This document shows, one piece after another, positions 1 through 7,356 of a stretch of 39,326 nucleotides of DNA. Within the stretch, counting starts at the first letter, position 1, and each line of letters begins with the position of its first letter. The notes under the pieces are model-generated. The model ran no database searches. It saw nothing but the letters and a program-made list of their open reading frames with translations, and was not told the DNA's origin. This DNA comes from a virus (lineage: Duplodnaviria > Caudoviricetes). Location: positions 1-39,326 of the IMG/VR virus record IMGVR_UViG_3300009095_000033; one strand, 5' to 3'. Both the position numbers and the translations under genes were made by a program.

Positions 1-165
1 GCTGAGACGGACGTGCCAGCCTCGTCCCCAGTAGCTATCACCCCGACTGCCCGAGCACATGTCGAGCAGCGCCTGCCGAGCGGAGGCGTAGTCAACCGGG
101 TCGAGGTCGACCGCGTATCCGCCGCTCGCTCGGCTCTCGGCTATGGCGTCTGCCACCAGCGTCAC
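1..165 (-). CDS. hypothetical protein, runs off the window start
   Basis: GTG at 165 overlaps the TGA of the upstream gene (GTGA) and has a GAGGTG RBS; open frame MTLVADAIAESRASGGYAVDLDP... to position 1; not in the ORF track. Confidence 0.55.
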   Translation of the reverse strand, partial: MTLVADAIAESRASGGYAVDLDPVDYASARQALLDMCSGSRGDSYWGRGWHVRLS

Positions 166-425
166 GACGCCACCTCGGTGATCTGGTGCTTTGTCGTCCG
201 GCACAGATCGCCGGACTCGTCCCAGATGTGGGCATAAATGAAGTCTCCGGCTTCATATCCGTCGCTCGCACAGAGCCCGGCGGCCTCCTCCTCGAGGATG
301 CTCTCGACCACGTCTTGCGCGTGGCCGTCCGTCTCGGCCTCGATCGATCGACCGCAGTGGGATGGCCACGCTGGGCCGCCCTGGCTCGCGGGAGTGTCGT
401 AGATCGTGTAGGTGTACTGGGCCAT
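162..425 (-). CDS. small acidic hypothetical protein (MAQYTYTIYD...)
   Basis: ATG at 425 follows the AAAGGA RBS of repeat copy A; coding-like codon usage. Confidence 0.7.
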   Translation of the reverse strand: MAQYTYTIYDTPASQGGPAWPSHCGRSIEAETDGHAQDVVESILEEEAAGLCASDGYEAGDFIYAHIWDESGDLCRTTKHQITEVAS

Positions 426-430
426 CGTCT

Positions 431-526
431 CATTCCTTTCATTGGGCCGCTGAAATTCAGCGGAAGGGTCCGGGCTCACGGGCGCCGCGACCCGAGGGTG
501 ACGGCGCCGAGCGGGAGGCGAGCTCA
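431..526 (-). repeat. intergenic hairpin repeat copy A (core 480-508)
   Basis: Core GGGCGCCGCGACCCGAGGGTGACGGCGCC is identical in copies A-C; lies between the stop codon at 524-526 and the RBS of the next gene. Confidence 0.95.
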
Positions 527-1219
527 GTCCGGGTCTACGGCGCACGTGTCGTCCTCGAGCTCGCGCTCGAGCGCCTCGAACAGCTGCGCCGTGATACGGT
601 CCCACGCCGCCGTCTCCGCCGCCCTCGCCTCCGACGCCTTCGCCGCCTCCGCCGCCGCCCTCGCCGCCCTCACCGCCGTCGCCACCTCCCTCGCAGACGC
701 CCACGCCGCAGACGCCGCCGCCGCCGCCGCCCTCGCCGCCGCCGCCGACGCCTCCTCCTCCGCCGCCAAGAACGAGGCGGCGTCAATCGTCCCGGTCGCG
801 ACCACGCCTTCACAGAGCGTGGCGACTCGCTCACACACCGCGACCACGGGCTCTTCGCTCGTGTGCGACATGGCCTCGCGAACGACAGCCGCCAGCCAAC
901 GATACTTGACGCGCTGCCAAGCGTCGGCGTCCAGCGCGTGCCACCGCGAGGCCAGCGACGCGAAGCGAGCGACCATGCCCGGCCACGCCTCGACCGTGCC
1001 GTTGTCGTCGATGCGCGGCGTCAGGTACGCCAGCCATGCTGGCATCACCTCTGCCGGACAGACGCTAGCACTCTCCTCGATCCCGCATTGCGGTACCAGC
1101 GCCGCAAGTAGGCACGCGGTCTCGCGGCCTTGCTCGTCCGTGCCCGTCCAGGCGCCCCGGATTAGAGTTCCGGCGTCGATGTGCGCCCTCAGTCGTTCAA
1201 TGTGGTGTTGCATTGTCAT
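524..1219 (-). CDS. hypothetical protein with Ala-rich C-terminal helix
   Basis: GAGGAG RBS and ATG at 1219; globular N-terminus (CLLAAL...PAWLAYL), then Ala-rich low-complexity sequence at about 600-770. Confidence 0.75.
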   Translation of the reverse strand: MTMQHHIERLRAHIDAGTLIRGAWTGTDEQGRETACLLAALVPQCGIEESASVCPAEVMPAWLAYLTPRIDDNGTVEAWPGMVARFASLASRWHALDADAWQRVKYRWLAAVVREAMSHTSEEPVVAVCERVATLCEGVVATGTIDAASFLAAEEEASAAAARAAAAAASAAWASAREVATAVRAARAAAEAAKASEARAAETAAWDRITAQLFEALERELEDDTCAVDPD

Positions 1220-1231
1220 TTCTCCTCTCGA

Positions 1232-1292
1232 GCTCACTGCCCGATGGGCGCCGCGACCCGAGGGTGACGGCGCCGAGCGGGGGGTCAGCTCA
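1232..1292 (-). repeat. intergenic hairpin repeat copy B (core 1246-1274)
   Basis: Same 29-nt core plus GCTCACTGCCCG flank; abuts the stop at 1290-1292. Confidence 0.95.
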
Positions 1293-1475
1293 CCAGCCCT
1301 CCGCGTCGTCGAACGGCACGTCCTCACGGACGTGGCACCACTCGCACGGCTCGTGGTCTCGCGCGTCCTGCACCTCTCCCAGCTGGGGAGCGTCGGCGGG
1401 CATCGGGAGCTCGCCGTTGTAGTGGCGCCGGCAGACGGCGTGCTCTCTCGCCCGGTAGGCCTCGCGTACGATCAT
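1290..1475 (-). CDS. small Cys/His hypothetical protein (CRRH...CEWC)
   Basis: ATG at 1475 after the AAAGGA RBS of repeat C; CxxH and CxxC could bind zinc. Confidence 0.7.
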   Translation of the reverse strand: MIVREAYRAREHAVCRRHYNGELPMPADAPQLGEVQDARDHEPCEWCHVREDVPFDDAEGW

Positions 1476-1480
1476 TGCTT

Positions 1481-1582
1481 CATTCCTTTCATTGGGCCGC
1501 TGCAAGCAGCGGAGGGTCCGGGCTCAATGCCCGCCGGGCGCCGCGACCCGAGGGTGACGGCGCCGAACGGGTGGTGAGCTCA
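1481..1582 (-). repeat. intergenic hairpin repeat copy C (core 1536-1564)
   Basis: Most complete copy: long hairpin, CCGCTG/CAGCGG hairpin and CAATGAAAGGAATGA RBS module. Confidence 0.95.
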
Positions 1583-1999
1583 CCAGCCACGGCGCTCGAT
1601 GGCAACGTAGCGGCGGCGGGCGGACTGGGCGCGTTCGAGCCACTCATCAGGCAGCGAGACGCTGCCGTCCGGACCGGAGACGACGATCATGCACTCGTGA
1701 TCGAGGTGCACTCGATTGCGCCCGCACATGATGTCCGGCACGCCGTGGTCACCGGCGCGCTCCAGGCGGCGCTGATGGGCCTCTCGGGCCCGCGAGACGT
1801 AGCGGTCGCCGCTCGTGTGGTAGAGCGCGGCAATCAGGTCGCTCACGGTGTAGCTCCGCTCGCAGCGGAGAGGTAGCTCGTCCGTCAGTTGCCTGATCGT
1901 CCGCTGCGTCTCTGGCCAGCCTCCGATCGGCAACCCGTCGAGCCCGGACTTGAAACGGCCGCTCGTGACGGCCTGGACTGCGCTGGATAGGGTCTGCAT
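1580..1999 (-). CDS. hypothetical protein
   Basis: 139-aa ORF bounded by repeat D (RBS) and repeat C. Confidence 0.7.
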   Translation of the reverse strand: MQTLSSAVQAVTSGRFKSGLDGLPIGGWPETQRTIRQLTDELPLRCERSYTVSDLIAALYHTSGDRYVSRAREAHQRRLERAGDHGVPDIMCGRNRVHLDHECMIVVSGPDGSVSLPDEWLERAQSARRRYVAIERRGW

Positions 2000-2003
2000 G
2001 GGG

Positions 2004-2080
2004 TTCCTTTCATTGGTCCGGGCTCACTGCCCGCCGGGCGCCGCGACCCGAGGTGACGGCGCCAAGCGGGAGGCGAGCTC
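2004..2080 (-). repeat. intergenic hairpin repeat copy D (core 2036-2063, 1-nt deletion)
   Basis: Core plus RBS module, without the small second hairpin. Confidence 0.95.
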
Positions 2081-2296
2081 TCAGCAGCCTGAAGTCCGCG
2101 CCAGGTAGTCATGGAGAGCCTGTTTGGCCGCCTCCCGCACCTGCCTCCGCTGGGCGGGGTTGGTGGTCGACCGGAGCCCGAGCTGGTCTAGGCGGTCGGC
2201 CGCTGCGGAAAACTCGCGAGCCGTGCGCGCGGCCGCGCAATCAACGAGACAGGTGGACAGCTGGCGGGCGAAGAGGCAGACGCGCGCGGTCCTCAT
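2081..2296 (-). CDS. hypothetical protein
   Basis: ATG at 2296 overlaps the upstream TGA (ATGA); ends at repeat D. Confidence 0.6.
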   Translation of the reverse strand: MRTARVCLFARQLSTCLVDCAAARTAREFSAAADRLDQLGLRSTTNPAQRRQVREAAKQALHDYLARTSGC

Positions 2297-2607
2297 GGCG
2301 TCCACCCCAGTTCGCCGACGCTCGGGACGATGTCGACCTCAGCCTGGATTCGCGCCACGACCGCACCCACGCGCTGCGTGTGGTGATGCGGCGTGGGCAA
2401 CGCCGGGCGCACGACGCGCACTTCGACCTCCGCCGGCCAGGCCCTACCCGCGGTGTAGCGAGTCTCGCTCGTCCGGTAGGGCTCCAGCGTCCTAGCCGCG
2501 TAGGCCTCTGCGGCCGCCAGCGTGCCGACCACGACGGCGCCGGGCTGGCGGTCGAGCCCACGTCGCTCGGGCGACGGCAGCCACAGGGTGCAACGGTAGA
2601 GGCTCAC
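2293..2607 (-). CDS. hypothetical protein
   Basis: GTG at 2607 overlaps the upstream stop (GTGA), GAGG RBS. Confidence 0.6.
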   Translation of the reverse strand: MSLYRCTLWLPSPERRGLDRQPGAVVVGTLAAAEAYAARTLEPYRTSETRYTAGRAWPAEVEVRVVRPALPTPHHHTQRVGAVVARIQAEVDIVPSVGELGWTP

Positions 2608-2906
2608 AACGCCACCTCGCTCTCTTTCTCGATGGCCACCCCGAGCTCCGCGAGGCGCTCCCCGACGGCGGCCATGGCCTCCCAATACGCATCCCACTCT
2701 TCGCCGAGCTCCGACTCCGAGAGGCTCGACAAAAACCCGAGGGTGAAGGCGTGGCCGTACTCCTGAGAGGCCCCAGTCGCCTGTGAGTGCCAGTCGGCAC
2801 CGGCCTCATCCCGAGCCGCCTCGAGCGCAGCAGCGAGCTCCAGCCCCCCGTACGCCGCCGCGTAATTGCCCGCGTCATACCCGTTCATGAGCGTCATGTC
2901 GTCCAT
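2604..2906 (-). CDS. acidic hypothetical protein, first gene of the early operon
   Basis: GGAGGA RBS and ATG at 2906; strongly Glu/Asp-rich. Confidence 0.75.
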   Translation of the reverse strand: MDDMTLMNGYDAGNYAAAYGGLELAAALEAARDEAGADWHSQATGASQEYGHAFTLGFLSSLSESELGEEWDAYWEAMAAVGERLAELGVAIEKESEVAL

Positions 2907-2947
2907 TGTCCGTCCTCCCGTGATGGCACCGGCCAATCCCGTTGCCT

Positions 2948-3036
2948 GTGACTACACAATACGGTCGCCAGCTCGACCGCGCAAGGGCTAATCGTGACTA
3001 CTGCCGCATCTGTCATTCACCCCTACGGGTGACTAC
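2948..3036 (-). promoter_or_regulatory. sigma70-type promoter with palindromic spacer and three GTGACTAC repeats
   Basis: - strand TTGCGC(2984-2979)-17 nt-TATTGT(2961-2956); CGGTCG-N6-CGACCG at 2962-2979; GTGACTAC at 2948, 2994 and 3029. Confidence 0.7.
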
Positions 3037-3194
3037 GCGCGTTCAGTGGGAGAGAAACGAGCGCCGCCAGGCGCAATGGCGAGGCCGAGCTGGCCTCCTG
3101 ACGCCACAGCGCCCTCCCGAGCCTGTCCGGAGCCACGCGCCCGCCGCCCACCTGCCGAGCCTCGGAGCGGCGCCTGCGGCACCTGGCCAACGGG

Positions 3195-3578
3195 TCAGAG
3201 GTCGATGAGCTGGAGCGCGCGCAGCACTGCGCCGACGGTGCGGACGAACAGATCGTCTTTGGCGCGCTGCGCCGGCGGCAGCTCATCGTATGGCACGAGG
3301 CACGGGTGCGTCTTCTTCCCCGGGTCTTTGTCGGGCCCGTACGTCCAGCCGTGCTCGAGCTTGTGCCGCATCCAGCTCGCGTGACTCTCACGCGGCCCGT
3401 TACCAGCGATGACGCCGGCGACGCCCTCACGGCAGCTCGCGCGCTGCCACTCGGGCGCGCCCTCCCACGGCGGCTGGGACGCGTCGCCAATCGCAAGGCA
3501 GTAGGCGCGATTGACCTCGTGCGCTGCTCGCGCCGCGGCCTCGACCACGCTCGCGGAAATCTCCGGTGCCTCACTCAT
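3195..3578 (-). CDS. RyR domain-containing protein
   Basis: HASWMRHKLEHGWTYGPDKDPGKKTHPCLVPYDELPPAQRAKD matches the RyR-domain signature. Confidence 0.85.
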   Translation of the reverse strand: MSEAPEISASVVEAAARAAHEVNRAYCLAIGDASQPPWEGAPEWQRASCREGVAGVIAGNGPRESHASWMRHKLEHGWTYGPDKDPGKKTHPCLVPYDELPPAQRAKDDLFVRTVGAVLRALQLIDL

Positions 3579-3754
3579 TCGCTCCCAGCTTGCCCGAACC
3601 GCCGCCAGAGCGCCACAGAAGCCCCGCAATCGCCCCTGACCTAGCCTGGGCCCAGTGGCCTCTTGCCGCCAGCCGCGAGGTCAATGGCCCGGTGCGCGAG
3701 CTGCCCCCTCGCTCCTACCTGCCCCGTTCCCGCCGCCCCCTTCGACCACCGCAA

Positions 3755-3770
3755 GCTTCCACGTGAAACA
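3755..3770. promoter_or_regulatory. parS-like site
   Basis: GCTTCCACGTGAAACA is 14/16 to the consensus TGTTNCACGTGAAACA, in non-coding DNA. Confidence 0.5.
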
Positions 3771-4035
3771 CTGGCGATCACCCTCGCTCCCAGCTCGAAC
3801 AATGGCGCCTAACCTACCGATATCGCTAGGCTTATCGCCACTTATGCACTCAGCTTGACGTGTGTGCGTCGTTCACACCTGCGGGCTTTCGAGCGGGGCC
3901 CCGGGCACCCCTGGGGGGATGCCCCTACCCCAAGGAAGGGGTACACCCCTCACGGACATTCTGAAGATTCTGAATGAATCCGCCTAGTCGCACGGGCGCC
4001 TTGCAAAGGCCTCTGCGGGGTGCGACCGTGGTCAC

Positions 4036-4242
4036 ATGAGAGGACGAAGGAAGGTGAAGCGGACGCACTGGGGCCTGGAGCTTCTGAAGCCCGACGAGGC
4101 GAAGGCGCGCAGGGAACGCTACGAGGCCTTGAAGGCCCTGGGGGCATCAGGGCTGGTGGCGTGGAGGGAGTCCATTACGAGGGGCTCCTACTGGAAGATG
4201 CGCGACAGGATGGTGGCTGCTTCCGGGAAACCCACACTTTAG
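4036..4242 (+). CDS. small basic hypothetical protein
   Basis: 68-aa ORF; alternative GTG start at 4054 after GAAGGAAG. Confidence 0.55.
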   Translation: MRGRRKVKRTHWGLELLKPDEAKARRERYEALKALGASGLVAWRESITRGSYWKMRDRMVAASGKPTL

Positions 4243-4404
4243 AAGTAGACTACGGCCGAATGCGTAGATGCCAGCGCCCCGTCTGCTGATAGCGTCCCCG
4301 GAGGGTAGCAGTCCCCGCGGTGACGTTGTCCCCGCGTCCTGAAGGCGCGCTGGTATCGAGCATACCGGGCCCCTCCCGGAATTGGAATCTTTTTCTGGTG
4401 CCCC

Positions 4405-4854
4405 TCAGCGACGAGGCCTGAACAACTTCGGCATCGAGACCGCCTCCCGCTCCATCGCCAAGCGCTGCTGCCACAGGTCCCCGCTGAGGCTCCGGTGCTC
4501 CTCGCACCTCCGGTAGAAGCCCCCGTCTTCCTTACGGGCAGCCTCCCGGCTGCAGCTGTCGCAGACCCCAACCGCCTGCTTGCGCAGCCTCCGCTGAACC
4601 GCCGCCTTCTTCGGGCTCAACCCGAGCTCCATCCCCTTCTCCCGCTCCCGCGCGTTGTCGAGCTCCAGCAGCTTCTGCTCGATCTCCGCCTCGACCCGCG
4701 TCCGACGCTTCCGCACCGCCTCCCGCTCCTTCAGCCCCAGCGCGAACGGCTTTTCCCGCTCGAGCCTCGCGATCTCGTCCGTCAGCGCCTGGCAGCTCGC
4801 CCGCATCTCGAGGAGCTGCCCTTCGACCTCGGATACGCTTCTGTATCGTTTCAC
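4405..4854 (-). CDS. coiled-coil protein with CxxC...CxxH motif
   Basis: High G/C at third codon positions, E/R/K heptads, CDSC...CEEH. Confidence 0.6.
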   Translation of the reverse strand: MKRYRSVSEVEGQLLEMRASCQALTDEIARLEREKPFALGLKEREAVRKRRTRVEAEIEQKLLELDNAREREKGMELGLSPKKAAVQRRLRKQAVGVCDSCSREAARKEDGGFYRRCEEHRSLSGDLWQQRLAMEREAVSMPKLFRPRR

Positions 4855-5047
4855 CTTGAACCATCCTCACCCGGGCAATGATGCGAAGCGCCGTCTCCTC
4901 ATCCACCCATTCGTAGACCCGTCCCTCGAACACGACGCGGCGCGCCTTCGCCTTCCCGCTCCGGAACATCCCGAGCACTTCACGCCGGACCCGGTTGTCA
5001 ATACCGGCCCCGAGGAACCAAGCTAACTCATCGAGGTAGATCCGCAT
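4532..5047 (-). CDS. hypothetical protein (only the first ~62 codons look coding)
   Basis: MRIYLDELAWFLG... has coding-like codon usage to about 4860, then overlaps 4405-4854 in another frame. Confidence 0.35.
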   Translation of the reverse strand: MRIYLDELAWFLGAGIDNRVRREVLGMFRSGKAKARRVVFEGRVYEWVDEETALRIIARVRMVQGETIQKRIRGRRAAPRDAGELPGADGRDREARAGKAVRAGAEGAGGGAEASDAGRGGDRAEAAGARQRAGAGEGDGARVEPEEGGGSAEAAQAGGWGLRQLQPGGCP

Positions 5048-5504
5048 GGCGAAAAAACGCTCTCCCAAGGGTCAGTTTGCCGCCCTCGTCGCCACCAAGC
5101 ACGACGACGAGAAGGAAACCCTCGCCCGCATTGCTCGGATGGAACAGATGGAAGAGCGCCTCTACGTCTCATCCGCCGCCATCCTCGAGGCACAGATCGA
5201 CTTCGCGACCGTCTCCCCCGACACCGAAGAGCCACCCAAAGAATGGGTGAAGCAGTACGGCGCCCTCGGCGCCGCTCAGCGCCTGGCCGTCGCCAAGACC
5301 GGATGGCTCCCCCGCGGGCAGACCCCGAGCGGCATCGAGACCGCCTCCAAGATGTTCGCCGGCATCTCCGCTGCCCGCGCTCGCCGCCGAGACGACGTCG
5401 AAGCCCCGCGCCAGCTGCCCGTCGTCATCTCCATCCCCGCCCCGACCAGCCAGGCCTTCCCCGGACAGGACCCGCTCGCCCTGCCCGAGAAGGACATCGA
5501 GTGA
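5046..5504 (+). CDS. putative terminase small subunit
   Basis: GAGG RBS; first gene of the packaging operon, two genes before TerL; call rests on position and size only. Confidence 0.45.
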   Translation: MAKKRSPKGQFAALVATKHDDEKETLARIARMEQMEERLYVSSAAILEAQIDFATVSPDTEEPPKEWVKQYGALGAAQRLAVAKTGWLPRGQTPSGIETASKMFAGISAARARRRDDVEAPRQLPVVISIPAPTSQAFPGQDPLALPEKDIE

Positions 5505-5845
5505 AGCTCTCGGAAACCGCTGACGGCGCATCTGTCACCCGCGTGGATGACGGCATGCGCGGCGTCGTGCGCCGAGACGAGCGAGGCAACCCCCAGATCG
5601 TCTACCTCGACCGCGGCAGCGAGGTCATCGCCGAGCGCAAAGAGCACTGGGAGCTCGAGCCCAAGCCCTTCCGTCGCCTGCGCGCCGAAGAGATCCGAGA
5701 GATCGCCTCCGCCGCCGACCGCATCCTGCGCGCCATGGACGAAGGCTCAGCCTCGCCGCTGTACTGGCTCCGTGCAGCTCCCACCGACAGCTACGATCCG
5801 GAGCTCGTCGACCTCATCACCGACTACCTGGGTGCGCGTCGCTGA
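5501..5845 (+). CDS. hypothetical protein
   Basis: GTG at 5501 overlaps the upstream stop; its TGA overlaps the TerL ATG. Confidence 0.7.
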   Translation: MKLSETADGASVTRVDDGMRGVVRRDERGNPQIVYLDRGSEVIAERKEHWELEPKPFRRLRAEEIREIASAADRILRAMDEGSASPLYWLRAAPTDSYDPELVDLITDYLGARR

Positions 5846-7356
5846 TGCTCGACCGCTCCGTCTACAAGGCGAGCGCGTGGGGCCTTCGCTTCCACCAGTG
5901 CGCAGCTGACGAAGTCCTCGGCGGAGGCGCCGCGGGCGGGGGCAAGAGCATCGCTCTCCTCTTCGACCCGCTCGTTACGCAAGCCATCGTCGAGCAAGCG
6001 CGGGTCACGGGCCAGTTCATCGACGAGTTCCCCGAATGGCTCGCCGATCTCTGCCGGAAGCACCCGATCCGGGCCGGAGAGAGCGAGGGCCACGCGCTGC
6101 ACATGCGCAAAAACCTAACCCTGCTCCGAGAGAACATGGATCGCGCCGAGCGCATGTTCCCGAAGTTCGACCCGGGCGCCGAATACAACCGAGAGTTTCA
6201 CCGATGGACCTTCTCCAGCGGCTACAAGTTCACGTTCGGTCACTGCCCCGAAGAGTCATCGTACAAGAACTATCTTTCCAGCCAGTTCACCCATTTTGGA
6301 GTCGATGAATCCAGCGAAATGTCCGAACTGAGCGCCGACGAGGTGAGCGCGCGCGTGCGCTCCGCTGACCCGGTGCTCAAGTACCTTCTGCGCGTTCGGT
6401 ACGTCAGCAACCCCGCTCCCGGTTGGCTCAAGACGCGCTTCGTCGACCCGCATCCCGACGGCAACGTCACGCTGAAGGTGAAGGTTCCCGATCCGGAGAC
6501 CGGCGAGACCCACATCCGCACGCGCGTCTTCCTGCCCGCCAAGCTCGACGACAACCCCGACAAGTCGTTCGCTGCGCAGTACAGGAAGACGCTGCTCAGC
6601 AAGCCCGCTCACATGCGGGCTCGGTACCTGTATGGCGACTGGAACGCGCTTCAGGGCGCGTTCTTCGAAGACGACTTCATCAAGGACGTTCACGAGATCG
6701 AGCCGTTCAAGGTCCCGCGAGACTGGCCCAAGTTCCGCGCCATGGACTGGGGTTACAAGGCGCCCGGCACCATCGGCTGGTTCACGCTCGACCCGGACGA
6801 CCGCCTCTATCAGATCTTCGAGTTCAACTTCCGGCTGATGCGTGACTCGGAGGTCGCCGATCGCGTCATCGAGATCGAGAAGGGCTTCGGGTTCTGGGAT
6901 GACCGAGACCGATGCAGCCGCCTCACGGGCGTGGCCGACACGCAGCTGTGGGAAGAGCGCGGTGACTCGGGCCTGAGCAAAGCCCAGGTGTTTCATGAGA
7001 AAGGCGTCTTCTGGACGCCCGCCGACAAGGCCAGCATTCAGCGCAACGCCGAGCGCATCGGCGAGCGCCTGCGCGATCACGACGACAAGCGCCCGCCGGG
7101 GCTGCTGTTCTTCAAGGGCTACACGCGCAAGACGATTCAGATGCTCGCGGGCATCAACGTCGACCCGAACGATTCGCTCATCCCCAACAAGAAGAGCCCG
7201 CTCAAGCACTGGTTCGATATGCTCGGGTACGCTGCTGCGCGCGCGAGCCGCGGCCGGGAGTCCATCCCGATGAAACCGCACCGCTTCGACCGCTACGAGA
7301 GAGACGACGACAACGAGCCGGCGGAAACGTCGGGAGGATTCGGGTACGGCACATGA
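5845..7356 (+). CDS. terL: terminase large subunit
   Basis: Walker A GGAAGGGKS, Walker B FGVDE, SNP coupling motif, nuclease motifs AMDWGY and HWFDMLGY. Confidence 0.95.
   Translation: MLDRSVYKASAWGLRFHQCAADEVLGGGAAGGGKSIALLFDPLVTQAIVEQARVTGQFIDEFPEWLADLCRKHPIRAGESEGHALHMRKNLTLLRENMDRAERMFPKFDPGAEYNREFHRWTFSSGYKFTFGHCPEESSYKNYLSSQFTHFGVDESSEMSELSADEVSARVRSADPVLKYLLRVRYVSNPAPGWLKTRFVDPHPDGNVTLKVKVPDPETGETHIRTRVFLPAKLDDNPDKSFAAQYRKTLLSKPAHMRARYLYGDWNALQGAFFEDDFIKDVHEIEPFKVPRDWPKFRAMDWGYKAPGTIGWFTLDPDDRLYQIFEFNFRLMRDSEVADRVIEIEKGFGFWDDRDRCSRLTGVADTQLWEERGDSGLSKAQVFHEKGVFWTPADKASIQRNAERIGERLRDHDDKRPPGLLFFKGYTRKTIQMLAGINVDPNDSLIPNKKSPLKHWFDMLGYAAARASRGRESIPMKPHRFDRYERDDDNEPAETSGGFGYGT

Noticed and set aside
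600-770. GCC-rich tandem repeats as a functional DNA element
   Set aside because: Explained by the poly-Ala helix of gene 524-1219
186-1577. 463-aa + strand ORF and other long antisense ORFs (6256-7872, 13502-14662, 19259-21283, 24255-25865)
   Set aside because: Shadow ORFs of high-GC genes on the opposite strand, with no RBS or motifs
480-2063. CRISPR array from the 29-nt palindromic repeats
   Set aside because: The gaps between cores are about 260-740 bp and contain whole genes; no cas genes are present
431-2083. Integron attC sites or hammerhead ribozymes
   Set aside because: No RYYYAAC/GTTRRRY boxes or tyrosine recombinase; no CUGANGA/GAAA core in the required geometry
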